64,000 nt of DNA from the human T2T-CHM13v2.0 reference genome, Homo sapiens, in assembly GCF_009914755.1 (NCBI RefSeq), contig NC_060928.1; one strand, written 5' to 3'. The notes beneath the pieces were generated by a model. It saw only the letters and a list, made by a program, of their open reading frames with translations, was not told the DNA's origin and ran no database searches. Positions 63,655 through 64,000 of this stretch are shown piece after piece. Both the position numbers and the translations under genes were made by a program. The stretch's first letter is position 1, and each line of letters begins with the position of its first letter.

Positions 63655-63838
63655 TTCCAGAAGAACCTATTCTAACCCTTTACTTCATTATCACTACTAA
63701 CAGAGTGTTTAACATTTTACAGAATACTCCGACAAGCTATAAAATCTTATACCATTATTTTTTCTGTGAGTGTAATACATTTTCATCATAAAGGTTGTGT
63801 ATGTACATTAAAGAAATGTATGAAATTAAGAAAAGAAA

Positions 63839-64000
63839 GGCTGGACACGGTGGCTCACACTTGTAATCCCAGCATTTTGGGAGGCCGAGGTGGGTGGATT
63901 TCTTGGGCTTGGAGTTCAAGACCAGCCTGGGCAACATGGTGAAACCTCATCCCTACAAAAAATACAAAAGTTGCCGGGTATGGTGGTGCACGCCTGTTGT
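63839..64000 (+). mobile_element. Alu truncated by the window end
   Basis: ggctggacacggtggctcacacttgtaatcccagc... Confidence 0.9.

Overview
Primate (human-like) genomic DNA containing the interior of MND1 (meiotic nuclear divisions 1, partner of HOP2/PSMC3IP) on the + strand. Six coding exons (exons 2-7 by my numbering; 493-558, 6086-6143, 8907-9055, 44704-44778, 47661-47775, 59412-59456) splice through GT-AG introns into one open frame, SKKKGLSAEEKRTRMMEIFSET...QANKVAKEAANRWT. The ATG exon and the last exon lie outside the window. The rest is intron with about 56 Alu-type pieces by manual count, old L1M, L2 and MIR fragments, MaLR LTRs (MST, MLT1, THE1), an ERV1 solo LTR, a near full-length Tigger1, other DNA-transposon fossils and a 7SL retropseudogene. 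The supplied ORF track is essentially repeat-derived or chance. I found no new multi-gene system. The most unusual features are a degenerate, purely exonic 69-nt copy of exon 6 located 881 nt upstream of the real exon, a second spaced duplication in intron 7, identical 13-nt donors on exons 5 and 6, a candidate in-frame 39-nt cassette exon, and a weak exon 6 acceptor whose skipping would be predicted to escape NMD. Repeat subfamilies and boundaries were called by eye and are approximate.
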